From: Lama glama
Taxonomy: Eukaryota
Direction: 5' to 3'
DNA: 64,000 bases
NCBI GenBank assembly: GCA_028534125.1
Contig: CM052816.1
Coordinates: forward strand, 91,762,001-91,826,000
Positions 36,691 through 50,905 of this stretch are shown here, piece after piece (within the stretch, counting starts at the first letter, position 1; every line of letters starts with the position of its first letter). The notes beneath the pieces are model-generated. The model saw only the letters and a list, made by a program, of their open reading frames with translations. It was not told the DNA's origin and did no database searches. The translations under genes and the position numbers were made by a program.

Positions 36691-39600
36691 GTCTCAAAAG
36701 TAGACTCTGTGGTGCCCCCAAGACCATGGGGAATGGTGGATGTCTGAATTCATGGAAAAACAACTAGCTCAGGCACACTGCAACCACAACTTTCAGGCAC
36801 ACTGATCAGCCACAGTCTGTTTATAAAGGCATTTTACTGCAGCCTCTTTGCTGATTATATACCGCACGTATGGACGTGCTAATTAATTTAGTTGAAGTTA
36901 TATTTATTTCCATATCAATTCTGGTACCACATGAAGAAATATAGCCTCTGCTTGTTTCCACACCTTGGACTGGTTGACATAGGATGCTCAAATGTGACTC
37001 AGACTAAAATGTGTGCTGACATCAGTAACCATCTTAGTACAGCCACACCAGGAACGTGGGTGTTTCTGAAGCCAGGTGCTCTACACATGCCATGCCCAAT
37101 TAGCTGTGCCTCAGCTCACAGTCAGATCCATTTGAGCCACATTCTGAGAAATTTTCTAGCATGTAAACAGGATGCCATTTTTTAAAAAAATCAAAAGTGA
37201 AATGTTAAGCCCTAGGCTTCTAATACACACAGAGAAAAGCCATCAAAAAATCTCAGACAATATCTCTTATAGTTCAGGGTTCCAAGGAGCCAAGCAGGCG
37301 CCCGTTTTTCTAATCAGGAAGTTTTCTGTCTGAGAAATTAAAAGCTTTCGGGAATAGTTAGAGGTTTTGAATCTTTTAAATAACCTTGAATCCTTCAGGT
37401 ATTAAATTCAAGATAAAAATGAGCCATAAGTAATAGACATCCAGAATATTAAAATAGAGAGACGGCTCCTGAATATGCATCAGGCTTTCAAACTATAAGA
37501 AAGCCAGTTTATGGCTGGTGGTAAGCAGATTGCTAAAGAACAGTTCTGGGGTTTGTTGCTGTTTTATAAATTTTCCTCATATATAGAATTAAGAGGCAGA
37601 TGATTCTCTTTTAATTTCATCCTTGCACAAATGGATTCCCAGCCTTCGTTCTCAATGATATAAATGAGCCTAATTAAATTCCCTACCATTGACACATCAA
37701 GGTAACCATCTGTGAATTGCCAGTTTCATCTGGCCTGATTTGAGAACCAGTCTGACATATTCCAAGGAGTTACAGACCCTTGCCCTAGAATAAAAATAAA
37801 CTCTTCTCTAAGAAATAGAGAAAGGTTCCACTGTCCGTGGGAATGAAAGCCAGTTTACTTAAGTCTAATTAGTTCACTGTTTGGTGTGTGTGACTCACGT
37901 GAGGTACACGGGACATCTGCATGACCACACACCTCATTCCCATGTGTTGACAGGTTCAGTGCTGCTAAATGACGTTCATTGGTTTTCCGAGTTCGAATCA
38001 AAGTCATTCATGTTTTCAGTAAATGGGCAAGTTTCTGTAAATAGATACCATGCTGAGGAAAAGTGAAAAGGGTTTGGTCATGCCAAGCCAGGAGAACTGA
38101 AGGTCCACGTCATTTCTGGCAGCTTCTGTGCAGAAAACCCGCAAAAGGAAGCGATGCCCTCGCTGCAGGAAAAGGCAGTGAGGACACGTGGGTAAAATGA
38201 GACTTTTTTAATCCCATGAACTTTTTCTACTAGAGGTGACACTTTGGAGAAGTTGAAACTGCTTCATGTTTCATCTTGTGTTTGTTTATTTTAATTTGCC
38301 ATTAGCTTGCACAGCACACCTTCTTTAAGTTTAATTATGTTCCTCAGGAGCCTAAGGAGTCCTACAACACACTGTGCCAGATGGATGAGGGGCAAAGTTA
38401 CTTGGAAAATTTTGATAACCTTCTCATCCAGAAAGGTAATTCCTATCAGGGAAATCGAGCCCGTGGGTCAGAAATCTTTGACAATGGAATCTGAATAAAG
38501 GTTATCAGCAATTTCAGATAAACTGGAATTTAAATGAAATCTTAAGGCATTTATTTCCTGTGGGTATTAGCACAACCTTCCAAATCCAGAATGAAACAGG
38601 CTTATAAAGTTGTTCATGAAGCAGGAGGCTGAGCTGTTGGCCCAAGGCTTGAGCAAATCCTTTACACTGGAGGAAGTGTGATCAAAAGCGGGAGAGAAGA
38701 CAAGACCAAAAGGAACGTAGACGCTACCAGAGTGACTGCTGCACAGAGTGGTCTCTCAGTGGGACTGCGTCTACATGGCTAGAAAAGAGCTGGTCAGAGG
38801 ATGGCAAAACTCCTTCGCTATCAAGGCAATTAGTGCTTCAGAGAAGCAGCCCTACATTCGGGTCACGTAGAAAAACTTGCTAACCTGAAGTAGATGAGTT
38901 ACCACTTTTTACCCAGTCATTTGAAGATGCAGGTGTTTTTATCCTAATCAAAGAAATTAGAGAAAATCAGAAGTGAACAAAAGAGAGAGACTCACGAACA
39001 AGGACCGAATGAGGGAAAACAGAAACATAGGCGTACGCATGGGTACCAAGGTGGACAGAGCAAAACGTTAAATGAAAAGAAAGATTTGTAGACAAGTCCA
39101 CTATGATAAGAAGATGGGTTGGCATTTAGATTTCAGACTGATGTAAAAGAAAGAAGAAATGCACACAGATGAGGGGAAATGGAGGCAAATACAGTAATAA
39201 TAGCAAAGGGAAATAAAACAAATGCAAAGTTCCATTCCTAATAATTCTTGTGAAACAAAAATTCAGGTCTGGGTTAGGTCTTGAGTATCAAATATAGAAG
39301 AAAACTTAAGCTGTAGAGACTAATCCTCCCCTACTTAAAGATTTTGCATGGGGCCGCAACATTCCAGCACCAGTTAGCAAAACGGTGCATGACTACAACA
39401 TATTCTTAAATTCTGACCACAGCCGTGTCGTAAAGAACCAGTCAGACTTTAGGGGCCACTATCAGGAAACGATTCAGCAACTGAAGATGGTTAAGTTTGA
39501 GGATGGGACCAAATGAATAATGAGAGCATTTCAAGTTCAATGAGTGAAATAAAATGTGGCCTGGTAAACATTACTTTAGAGAGCAAGGCGAAAGTACACT

Positions 39601-39889
39601 GTTACGTATGCTGGCAGAGCTGATGAGAGCAAGATATGAAATAACAGGATAGCCCAATGGGGAGAGAAAGCACAGCTGGAAAGAATCCAGTAGTAGGCAA
39701 AACTCAAAAATAGAAACAGACAGACATGAGAAAATTTGTAAGAATGTATAGACCATTAAACTGGAGGAAAGACCGAAGCAGGTCCTATAGTTAATAGGTA
39801 CCAGACACAATGCTGAGACAGGATCTCAGCCTTGGAGAGCGTATTTCTTAGAAATGAGATGCCAGGTAGAAAGGGGATCACAGTCCACT

Positions 39890-41215
39890 TCCTTTTAACT
39901 TTCATTAGTTTCCTTTCAAAGTTTCCTTGTGCCTCTTGGCAATCTTTATCTCCCCTCTCCCCACATCTCAGTGTCCCCAGGCAATCAATGATCTGTTTTT
40001 GGTCACTAAGATTAGTTTACATTTTCTAGAACTTTATAGAGTATGTTATTGTCTGGTTTCTTTCTCTCAGTATGATTATTTTGAGATCCATCCATGTCGG
40101 TGCATGCATCAATAGTTTATTTTTCTTGAATAGTTTTCCACTGTATGGATATTTCACAATTTGTCCACCAAACTATCGATGAACATTTGAGTTATTTCCA
40201 GCTCTGTGCTATTATAAATAAAGCAGCTATGAACATTTGTGCACAAGCCTTTGTATGGAACTTATACTTCATTTATGTTGGACAAGTACTTAAAAGCAGA
40301 ATGGCTGGATTCCACGGTAGGAGTACGTTTAACTTCTTAAGAAACTATTAAATTGTTTTCTAAATTGGTTATATACCATTGTACATTCCCCTCAGCAGTG
40401 AACGTTAACATTTGTTCTACACCCTCACCTGTACTTTATATATCAGTCCTTTTAAACTTTTTAATTTTAGCCACTCTAAGAGGTCTGTAGTGATGACTCA
40501 CTGCAGTTTTAATTAGCATTTCTCTAATGATTGGTGATACTGAGCATTTCCTCATGTACCTTTTTGATTCTCACCCATCTTCTTTAGTAAAATGTCTGTT
40601 CAAATGTTTTGCCCATTTTTTTATTGGGGTTTTGACCTTTTTATTATTGAGTTATAAGAATTCTTTATATATTCCAGAATCAAGTCCTCGTTAGATCTAT
40701 ATATTGCAAATATCTATGTCCAGTCTGTGCCCTGCATTTTTTCCTTAATAATGGCTTTTCAAAAGCAAAATGTTTTAAGTTTAATAGAATCTAATGTATT
40801 GATTTTTTTTCTTTTGTCATTTGGGCTTTTTGTTTCTTATTTAATAAGTCTTGGCAAACCCAAGGTCACTAAGATTTTCTCCTGTGTTCTCTTTTAAAAG
40901 TTTTGTTTTGTCTGTTTGTTTGTCTTAAGTCTTCAATTTTGGTCTACAATCCATTTTGAGTTATTGTTTATATATAGTGTGAAGTAACTGTTGGGATTAA
41001 TTTTGTTGCACGTAACTGTCCAATTGTTTCAGTATCATTTGTCATAAAGACTATCCTTTCTTCATTGAATTAACTGGCTTTGCCCATTTCTCAAAAATCA
41101 ATTTTGTAGACTTTTAAAGACTTTTTTCTATTTGTATTTCTAGACTTTTTTCTATTCTACTGGTCTATTTGCCTGTCTTTACATTAACATACACTGTCTT
41201 CTTTCCTGTGGCTTT
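39890..41215 (-). mobile_element. Old L1 (L1MC/MD-like) ORF2 end and 3' UTR
   Basis: 'gatgaacatttgagttatttccag', 'gcagttttaattagcatttctctaatga', 'gttcaaatgttttgcccattttttattggg'. Confidence 0.92.
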
Positions 41216-42934
41216 TCAGTCTTGGAATCAGGCAGCAGGCCACTTCTCACGCCTGGACACAAGGTCAGGACCAGATAAAAATAGGGGTCATTTGGTGAAA
41301 GCCCAAAGAACTCTGTTGCAGCTCCTTAAAGCCTTCTGGCCAAAGTCAAGATTGGCCCTGGAGACCACGTCAAGCTAATGCTACAGGGAGGACTGAATTG
41401 GTCCCAGCTTTGCACAAAGTGGAAGCACACAGGGAGAAGATTATAGAGGGCTAAGTAGAACCTATAAATATTTGACCTCAGACTCTCAGAGTTCAACCCA
41501 TTTGGCACCTTTTTTTGTGTAGTCTTGCCTAGATGACACCCCAGCAGTCTGCTGCAGTTACACCTTTGTAAGATAAATATTTAAAAAGCCAAGCCATGAG
41601 AACACCTTTGGATGTCTATACATTACCAGAAATAAATACCTGCTCAAGCACATGAACAGGAGAGTGGAGACAAGTTTAACCAGTAAACTTAGAGTTATCC
41701 TACCAAAATGTGATAGCCTCTTTTCTTCTGTTTTATTCTCAGGACCTTATAACATGAATTTTCCTTTGCTATTCTATTGTTCCCCAGGTCTACGTATAGC
41801 TTTTATAACTATAAGACTTGTCCACATAATGACTTGAACCAGTAGTAAGCTATTTGAGCAACCAATAAGAAAGTCTTGTTAGATTTCCAATGTCAAAGTA
41901 TACATGCACTGCAATAAAAAGAAAGTAAGTATGTCATGAAAGGAAATGAAAATATGGCCATTTTCCTAAAAGCGTAAAAGCAAATCTGGCTCCCAAAAAA
42001 GTTGAAATTGACTTGGCTGAGACTCGGATGAGCACAGCCTGAGACAATAAAACAGTTACAGAGTCTGAGTTCAAGTGGTCATTCCTCCATAGTTTCCAGG
42101 GAAGATCATTTCAGCTGGTATTCATCGTTCAGCAGAAGTCTGCAACAGGGCATAAGGCTAGCGGACGGGAGACATGGAAAATTACTGTGGCTAAGGGAGC
42201 CCAAGTGGAAAAAAAACCTTCACATAAATGCATGTGGAAGCTGGTAACCGAGACCTTATCTTACAGGAATGTGGGCCCTTCAATTGGCCAGGTTCGAGCC
42301 ATCCTGGGGCCTGATCCACTTGGCTCTGTAAATACTGAACAGTTAAAGTTCAGACAGGATAAAAACAATCACCACAGGAATGTTCGAAAGATTTTAAAAT
42401 GCAGAAATGGCCATGTTACTAGAGAAAACCCTTCATGGAAAGCCTAAAGCCAGAGTCTAGTGCCCTTTTACGTGTATCTCATTACAGATCTCTTCATTTT
42501 CTGCATCCCAGGAGGTTTTACACACATTCTTTCACCTGGATTTAAAAATGGAGAGTTCATTGACAAACAAGTGCCCTCATCCCCAGTACAAATGCTAAAA
42601 AAGAAAAAAAAAAAAAGCCACAGTGTTAAAGAAGGCACCACATAGGATCTACAAAACCAACTTCAATTCTTGGATGACTTAAGTATTAGTGAAAATACAT
42701 ATCAGTATACATTACAGTCACATCAATAGTCATTGTGTTCAAGGCAAACTAAATTCAGTAGCAGCTAACAGTAGGACAGTGAAGTATACATTCAAAAACT
42801 GCTGATTCATTCTATCCATTTTGTGTTCACATTTCCTTTATAAAAATTTTCATTAAAAATGTGTGCTGGTGCTAAGCATTTATAATGTGTTGTTGCTCAC
42901 TGGTATTTTCAGCACTTACTCTAATCTAGGCTCT

Positions 42935-43160
42935 AGAGAGCAGAATGCTCTGTAGAAACAACGGACATTCCGGTTTCAGATTCTGGTATAGAAACTCTTA
43001 GCTGCGTGAGCTCAGGCAACCTACTTCCACTTCTTATTCTAAGTTTATTCATCTGTAGAATGCAGGTACCACTGCCTACTTCAGTTGTGGCTAAGATGAA
43101 GAAATGCAACGTTTATACAGCATTCAGTGAGGTGGCAAACTACTCCAATAAATGTAAATG
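42935..43160 (+). mobile_element. MIR SINE
   Basis: 'agtttattcatctgtagaatg...tactccaataaatgt'. Confidence 0.7.
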
Positions 43161-44449
43161 CTCCTCTAGTCCCTCCTCCTCTATCACTGGAATAAAACTA
43201 ATTGGATTAAAAATGGTCTTCTTTCTGGGATTTTTATCATTGCCCACTATATAGTATTGAGAAGGAATACCATGAAAGAGCAAACTAAGTTAATTAATTC
43301 ACTACGTCCACCCCTAGATTCATCCTCAATACTCCCTTTTCAGTGTTCCATTTCTCTATTGCTTTCTAGCATTTTGGCCTCTTTGTCTTCTGGATTTTAG
43401 AATTTGTTGTGGTCTACCATTTGGATTTTGGAGGTAACATTATGAGACAATATGGAAATTGGCAGTTGCCCCTAAGTATTGAGAGAGAACAATAAATAAA
43501 AGAGATCCTTCAGTTAAGAAGGCTTGGTGTCTGAGGTTTGTGTTTAAGTCCACAGTGGAACATTTATTGGTTCGATTATTCTGAGTCTTACTTCTCACAT
43601 TGGAAATGTAGATAATAATGCTTATCCTATTGAAACCATAAGAATTTGGGAGGATCAAATACAATTACTTGTGAAATTTATTTATAAGTGCTAAAAAATC
43701 TTAATCATTGACACTTTTCTTGTCATCATAAGGTCATATAGCTAAACTGGAATTCTTTTCTTCACAAAGTCATCTCGTTCCCATGAAGTTAATCCAACCA
43801 AATTTAGTACAGGACTTCCAAAGACTCTGAGCTATCAGAAATGGCAGCAGAGATTTAACTTGTACCACTTAATACCTGAAGATCAGACTAAATTTGCGGT
43901 TGTTTTGTGACTTGGACCAACAAACATAGTGCAAGTTACCTCTGTCCAGTGAAGTTCCTCAAAATGTGATATGAATCCTCAGTGAATTCTAGAATTAACC
44001 AGGCCACCCCCGGCTCCTGAGTTTTCTGGGGATGTCACTTAGTCATATTTTCACCAGGGGATTGCCAGCTGCACTCACCATAACGCCATCTAAATCTCTG
44101 AGCCTCTCAGTCCATGTCTCAATGTGTGAGGGCAACAGTCATCCATCAGTATCACACAGTAATACACCATTAACATTAAAACAGAAAGAGAGTTTGGGGG
44201 GACTGCATAACAACAAAATAAGTTAAATCAACAATACGATATTTAAACATTTTCAGCAATTCCAAGGCTGCAAAACAACTGAAAATGATTTGAGGAATAA
44301 GATCAGCCAAGAGGAGAGTTTAATTTTCATTAATGTAGGAGTATATATTCAGGCCTGCCATAGCATAGAGGCAGCATTTGAGACAGTTTTCAAGGCTGGT
44401 TCCAACTAAACTTGGTGAAAACGATTCCTTGGCATTGTTTCAAGTTCTT

Positions 44450-44660
44450 CGTTCTGGAGCCAGACTATCTGGGTTCAATTCATAAGTGACCACTTTCCAG
44501 CAGTACAACCTTAGGCAAGATCCTTAACCTCTTTATCTCAGTTTCTTCATCTGTAAAATGGGGTAATGATAAAGGTACCTCATTCAAGTATTGCAAGGAT
44601 TAAATTGGGAGTAACTAGCATAATTCTAGACATGAAGTATTTACTCATTAATTATTATTA
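44450..44660 (+). mobile_element. MIR SINE
   Basis: 'tctggagccagactatctgggttcaa', 'tctcagtttcttcatctgtaaaatgggg'. Confidence 0.9.
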
Positions 44661-45187
44661 GTATTACTATTACTACCATAAGTCATATGCAAATGCTCAA
44701 AAAATTAACTCTGTACATAACCTTTGTAAGCGTACCCCACTGATACCTTCAATTTGTACTCGATGTGAGACAAGGACTATTATCCTCACTTTATAAGTGA
44801 AGAGAGTGTATGCTGGGAGAGGTTGAGTTCACATTATCCAACAACTTAGTGGGTTAATTATGATCTCTAACACCTCCTCTCCTCCCACTTCTACCCTCCT
44901 GCCTCTCAAGAGTTTAAATTTTAAAGTTCCTTAGAAACAGAAAGGAATGAAGTAATTGTTGCAGGTGAGTGTTAGAACAGAGAATAAGCTCTAAACAAGC
45001 CAAAACCCCTTGTTTGAAAGACAGGGTAGACAACTATGTTGTCATTTTCAAGTGAACCATGCAGCCAAGTTATTGTGTTATTGGACAGAACTTTCTATCT
45101 GTAAAGTTTCATACAGAATTGAACCAAATAAGCCCATTACAAAGGGGACAGCAAGTTATAAAGATACTTTTTAAAAACCAATCTAAG

Positions 45188-45481
45188 AGTGGCGAAATGG
45201 GTGAAGAGTACAAACTTCCAGTGATAAAATAAAGCATGGGGATGTAATGTACAGCATAGGGATGACAGTTAATAATACTGTGGTGTATATTTGAAAGTTG
45301 CTAAGAGAATAAATCTTAAAAGTTCTCATCACAGATGAAAAATGTATAGCAATATATAAGAACGAAGGTTAACTAGACTTATTATGGTGATCATTTTGCA
45401 ATGTGTACTATTGAATCATTATGTGATACATCTGAAATGAATATAATGTTATATGTCAATTATATACCTCATTTAAAAAAA
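45188..45481 (+). mobile_element. L1 3' end (L1MA9/10-like)
   Basis: 'catggggatgtaatgtacagcat', 'ttgaaagttgctaagaga...cttaaaagttctcatcaca'. Confidence 0.9.
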
Positions 45482-46039
45482 CAACTCATAGATGCAAAAA
45501 AACTAAGAAAAAAATAAGATAGTTTTCATATCATGGGGGTCTGTACCAAAGGAGGGCATCAATTGATGTATGAGTGTAGGAATATATGTATATGCATAGT
45601 AATATACATGAGGGCTTAATGAAAAGAAAGCAACAAAAAGAGCAAATTACTTTCCAAAGTCAAACATCCACATAAGGAAATTTGTCCAGATTGTGGTAAA
45701 AACTATCTGACCCATATTAGCTTTGCATATCCCTCGGTCCATGCAAAGTGTTGATTATCAGAGTGAGTCAACACCCCAGATGGGAAAAGAATAAGGCAAA
45801 TGTAAGACCCCAGGAGTTCAAAGATCTGCACTGAGCTTATTAGCTTCCAGTATCTTTTGCTCTGCCATTTCCCTGGGTCCATCCAAAGGCAAGGGGGCAG
45901 TAGGACCAGACGTTCTATCACACAACCACGGCACAGCTGGGTGCACGTGCTCTCCTTCTGCCAGTGAAGTGTGGGAGGGGATTTACTTCCCCATGATTAC
46001 ACAAGATTCTCTCTGTCTGGAAACCATTGACTCAGGAGC

Positions 46040-46525
46040 ATCTCAAAGATGCCATTAATTCACTGTTGATGGACATTTGGATGGTTTTCACTTTTGGACT
46101 GTTAAAGCTGTTACGAATACTAGTATACAAGTGTCCAACAACAGATAAACGGATGAACAATTTGTGGGACAATGAAATACTACTCAGGAGTAAAAGGAAT
46201 AAATTATTGACACACGGTGACATGGATGAATCTCAACATGATCACACTGAATGAAAGATGCTGACAAAAGACGAGTAAATACTACGGAATTCCATCTAAG
46301 CAAATAAACTGTCACTTGGGGATGGTGAGTTGGGCAGGGGCAGGAAGGAGGGATTACAAAATAATGAACTTTTGAGGGTGATAGAATGTGTCCACTATAT
46401 TGACTGTCTCATGGCTTCATGGCTGAATACATAGGTAAACTTATCAAATTACACACTTGAAATATGTTTAGTTTATTGTATCAATTATTCTTTAATAAAG
46501 CATTTTTTAAATGTAAAAAAAAACC
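46040..46525 (+). mobile_element. Ancient L1 (L1MC/ME-like) 3' part with a short inverted 5' segment
   Basis: Antisense 'ctgttgatggacatttgg' followed by sense 'caagtgtccaacaacag...catggatgaatctca...tttaataaag'. Confidence 0.75.
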
Positions 46526-48842
46526 CTACCATATTTCATTAAGGCATCAAGATACTTACACATCTCTGATGTGCTAACATCCAGTCTCCCAAGTAAATGT
46601 CAAACTGAAGTCATCTTGAGATTAAGAGTGTGTTTCCTTAAAAAAGGAAGCATTACTCAAGTAGCCAAAAGTGATGATTAAGTGCTTGCACTCTCTCTAT
46701 CTCTCTCTCTGTGATGTGGCAGGAAAGGAGTTTTCTACCATTTTAACATCACTGCCATATTATTTCCCACGTGAGGACAATAATACAACTATTCTTTAGC
46801 CCCTTGCTCCAAATCATCATCAATAGCAAAATCTCAATGAGGATGGATTTGAAAAGGAAAACTCCAGGCAGGTTACTGTGACCAGACAAGCTCACCATCC
46901 TTTTTGATGACTGAAAGTATAAATTGTCAAAATAATGTCTAATTCAAAATAATTAATTTTGGTTTTATAAAGGAGGAAAGCATTGGATCAGACACACATC
47001 CAAGCACTAATTTGGACAAAATTCCTTGTATTTGCTAGGTCTTGACATGGCCTCAGATCAAACCCAAGTAGCCACCTCTACAGCCAAGACACAGACCATC
47101 CTCACAGAGATGATCACTGTTTCCAGCCAAGAGACACTTGAAGCACATCATGTCAACTGGGCGTGTGGGGACTACTTCCTCTTCCTTGACCACACCAGTC
47201 TTCATCTTTATCAATCTTATACTGTGGAGAAGCAAATGTTTCCTTCAAACTCTTTAAGCTCAGCCTTCAATTCTTGCTTGATCCAGGAAAAGAAAGCATA
47301 GTTCAAAGTTCCATACTTAATATGTCAAAGAAGTTAAACCCAGCATCCACCCACCTTTCCAACCTGGATGCAATATAAGAGGTAAAGAATATAAAGAGGA
47401 GGACAATAAGGTCTCCCTGTGTTGTTCCACCCAAGATCAGCTGCTCCACGCAAGACCTTCCTATACAGTGGCCTCTCCTGTGAGGAAGCCAGGGTGAGAT
47501 TCTGACCAACAAATACAATTATTATACAGATGACAAGGTGATTCCTGGCTAAATTTCTCGGCTTTTAAAAAATCAGAATTCATGCAAATCTCTAGCTAGA
47601 CTTAGCTGGTTCCTTTCTCCTAAAATATGGCAGCAAGAGGGGACCCAAGATGAGGTTGGCCCGATCAATAATTCAAACACAGAGAGAAAGAAGCCATTCC
47701 ATGAGGAAGCCTGAAGACTGGGACCCTTGCTGCTGGAGAGAGTTCATTTCGATTTATTAAACTCGAGCTGTCTTTGCATGGTTCATAAAAAATTATTATG
47801 TGAAAAATGTGGCTGCTCGCTGCATCATTCATCACAGACCCTCTTAAACAAATAACTGTTGAACACATAAAAGGGTTCATGCATTAAGTGGGGAAAAGCA
47901 AATGAAATCTGTTAAACAAATTAGAATTGAAATGAGTAAAATGGTACTCTGATCAAAAGAAGAAAAGATACTCAGAGTTTTGCACTTCATGTATGAAAGA
48001 AAGATGCAACTGTTCTTTTCTTTTAAAGTAAAATCATAAAATCAATTGAACAGGTGGGCATGCCACCATTATGGGATAGAAAAACACTAGGAGACTGGGG
48101 TGTGTTAGATGAGGACCAGAAGGAGGCTCTGACATCTCTCCGAGGACATCCACACACCCCACACATCCTACACGAAATCCTGTCGAAGTCTGTCTTGTTC
48201 TAGGTTCACAAAGGCTCACTTGGTTTGCTCTAGAGTAAACCACATTTTCTTTCATGGAGAACCATCTGGAAGGCTTAGCTAGTCCCCCACCATTTGAGGG
48301 TTTGAGTTTAGATAAAGAAGAGTAGGTGTCACAGATCATAAATTTTTACCTTCTAAACAGCCCCCAGTTGTGGTCATGTCAACCACCCCGAGCTCTTCTG
48401 AATCAGAAATGAAGGGCTGGGCAGGACTGTCTCTCTTTAGCTTTGAGTTGAATAGGTGCACAAGCCCTGATACCTGTGACTCTCAGGGGCCTGACAGCAC
48501 CGAAATGGGCTGCACGTGGTACCCTTGGAGGATCACACCCTCCCGCCACTTTCGACATGGATTTGAGTATTTTCCTTTTTTATTTTTGCAACAAACAGAA
48601 AGCACTGGAGAAACATAAAAACTCATCTTCATGTTAATTTTTCCATTCAGCATGAAAGTAACCTGGAGAAGTGGGACGAGGGCACCGGGCTAGGGTTGGG
48701 GTAGAAGGGCTCTAAAATCCCTTCTAAGCTATAAACTACCAATTATTTTAACTGCTAAGCTTGTTGACATCATGTGTGAGAAGCCAATGCTTTTTCAAAG
48801 CTTCATTGGATCCCCAAATACGCTGGAGGTCATATTTACTAA

Positions 48843-49330
48843 TGCATTAGTCAGAGTTCTCCAAGAAATACAACCAATAGGAGATTATACATATCAACAG
48901 ATTTATTATGAGGAATTGGCTCAATTCTAGAGGCTGAGAGATCCCAAAATCTGAAGTTAGTAAGCTGGAGGCCCAGGAGGACTGGTGGTGTAGTTCTAGT
49001 CTGAGACTGAAGGCCTGAGAACCAGGGGATATGGTGGCATAAGCTCAAAATCCAAGTTCAAGTCCTCGTCCAAATGCAGGAGAAGACTGACATCCCATCT
49101 CAAAGACATTCAGGCAGAGAAAGAATCCTTTATGATCGGCCTTTGATTCTATTCAGGCAGTCCATGGATTGGGTCAGGCCTGCCCAAGTTGAGTCCACTC
49201 AACTGAGTCCACCAACTCAAACATTCATCTCATCCAGAAATACCCTCACACACATGTCCAGGATAATGTTTAACCAAATGTCGGCCACTCTGTGGCCCAA
49301 CCAAGTTGATGTGTACAATGAACCATCACA
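48843..49330 (-). mobile_element. ERVL solo LTR (MLT2-type)
   Basis: Termini 'tgcattagtcagagttctcc' and 'aaccatcaca'; 5-bp TSD ACTAA at 48838-48842 / 49331-49335. Confidence 0.92.
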
Positions 49331-49930
49331 ACTAAAATGGCAGTGATGGCTGTTAGGAGAGACACTTACTCCCTACTCCTTCTGTTTCCCTGTCGAAGAA
49401 TATCCATGCAGCCAGACCCCCTGCCCCTCTGCACTGCCTCCCATGCTCATACCCAGGGGAAGAGGAAAGGGGAATGAACTGACTGCAGAATCTGGAAGAA
49501 GGAGCCGGGTGTGAAAGACTCTGCCCTGTCTGGGCTTCTCCCCTGAATGCATCTTCCTGCAGAGTGGGGGGTGCACCACCCTCAGCTCACAGCCCCAAAG
49601 AAAGGTTCTGGGGGGATTAGCTCAATTCAAGGAGTCCCTAAAACATTAATATATGGTTCATTTTCTGGGAATCCAGAGAAACTGATTATGATTTCTAGAA
49701 GTAAAATAATCCCCAGAGAGTGTGGAGACTGTGGGGGGCTTGCCTTAAGTGGCTGGAACTCTGGGCGTGTACTGCTACCAGGCTCAAGCCACAGGCCTCA
49801 GCAGGTGCCAGCTGCTGTGAGACGCTGCAGCTCCACCTGTGAGATGCGCTGCTCCACCAACGGTGCAGGCCCCACTCGTCCTGGTGGTAAGACTGAGGAC
49901 CGGGAGGAGAGCAGACTGGGCCCCTAAGAC

Positions 49931-50362
49931 TGTCAGGGGTTAAACGGTGTCCACCCAAAAGAGCTGTTGAAGTCCTAGGCCCCATCACCCTCAGAATGCG
50001 GAAGGTATTTATATGAAGATGGGGTCACTGAAGACGTAATTAGTTAAGATGAAGTCATACTGAAGTGGAGGGGGCCCCTGATCCGTACAGAACAGGAGAG
50101 GAGACTGGGAGACACAGACATGCAAGGAGCACACATCGTGATGACAGAGGCAGGGGCTGAGATGCTACAGCTGCTGGCTGGCCAAGGAAGCCCCAAGACT
50201 TCAAGGAAGGATTCCCCTCGACAGGTTTCAGAGGGACTGGGCCCCGCCAATACCTTGATTTCTGACGTCTGGCCTCCTGAACTGTGAGACGATACGCTTG
50301 CATTGTGTTAAGCCATTCAGTTCTTGGTACTTTGTTTTGGCAGCCACGGGAAACTATCTACA
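49931..50362 (+). mobile_element. MaLR solo LTR (MLT1B/C-like)
   Basis: 'gtaattagttaagatgaagtcatactg', 'accttgatttctgacgtctggcctcctgaactgtgagac', TG...CA ends. Confidence 0.9.
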
Positions 50363-50699
50363 CTAATAGAACACCAATCGGATGCCAAATCCCGAACTTC
50401 AGGCAAACACTAAGGCAGGCACCAAAGTTCCTTATGATGCTATAAAAGGCCATCCAAGGAAACCAGCCTTTTTGTAAATATCCTAGGATAAGGGCCCCTG
50501 GCCCCTGTCAGGGGCAAGGTGTTTCTATGACCCTCAGCACAGCAGAGGCAGCAGCAGGACCGGGCCAGGCAGAGGCAGCAAAAACAGCAAAATTCACCAC
50601 CATAGCAGCACACTGTCTCCCCTCCACTCCTGGCTCTTGACTGCTCCTATTCACTGCCCTGGTCTACTTCAACAGACACGACTCTGTAAATTGTTAAGA

Positions 50700-50905
50700 A
50701 TAATGACCACTGTTCATTAAGCATTTTCCTATGCCAGGCAGCGATTTAGCAGTCTTTACATAGACTGTACTCCGATGCGTGCAATAACTTGAGAGAGAAA
50801 CATTTTTACCTTCCTTTTTTGGACTGAGAGGCTGAGCTCTGTAGGTCCAATAAATCATGGAGCCCGATTCGCAAGCCAGGCCTGCCTGAGTTCGAACCAT
50901 CAGCT
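50700..50905 (-). mobile_element. MIR SINE (degraded)
   Basis: 'ttcattaagcattttcctatgccaggca', 'gattcgcaagccaggcctgcctga'. Confidence 0.6.

Noticed and set aside
47053..47235. Cys-rich 60-aa ORF resembling a zinc finger
   Set aside because: Non-ATG start and no match to a family I recognise; kept only as a weak exon candidate
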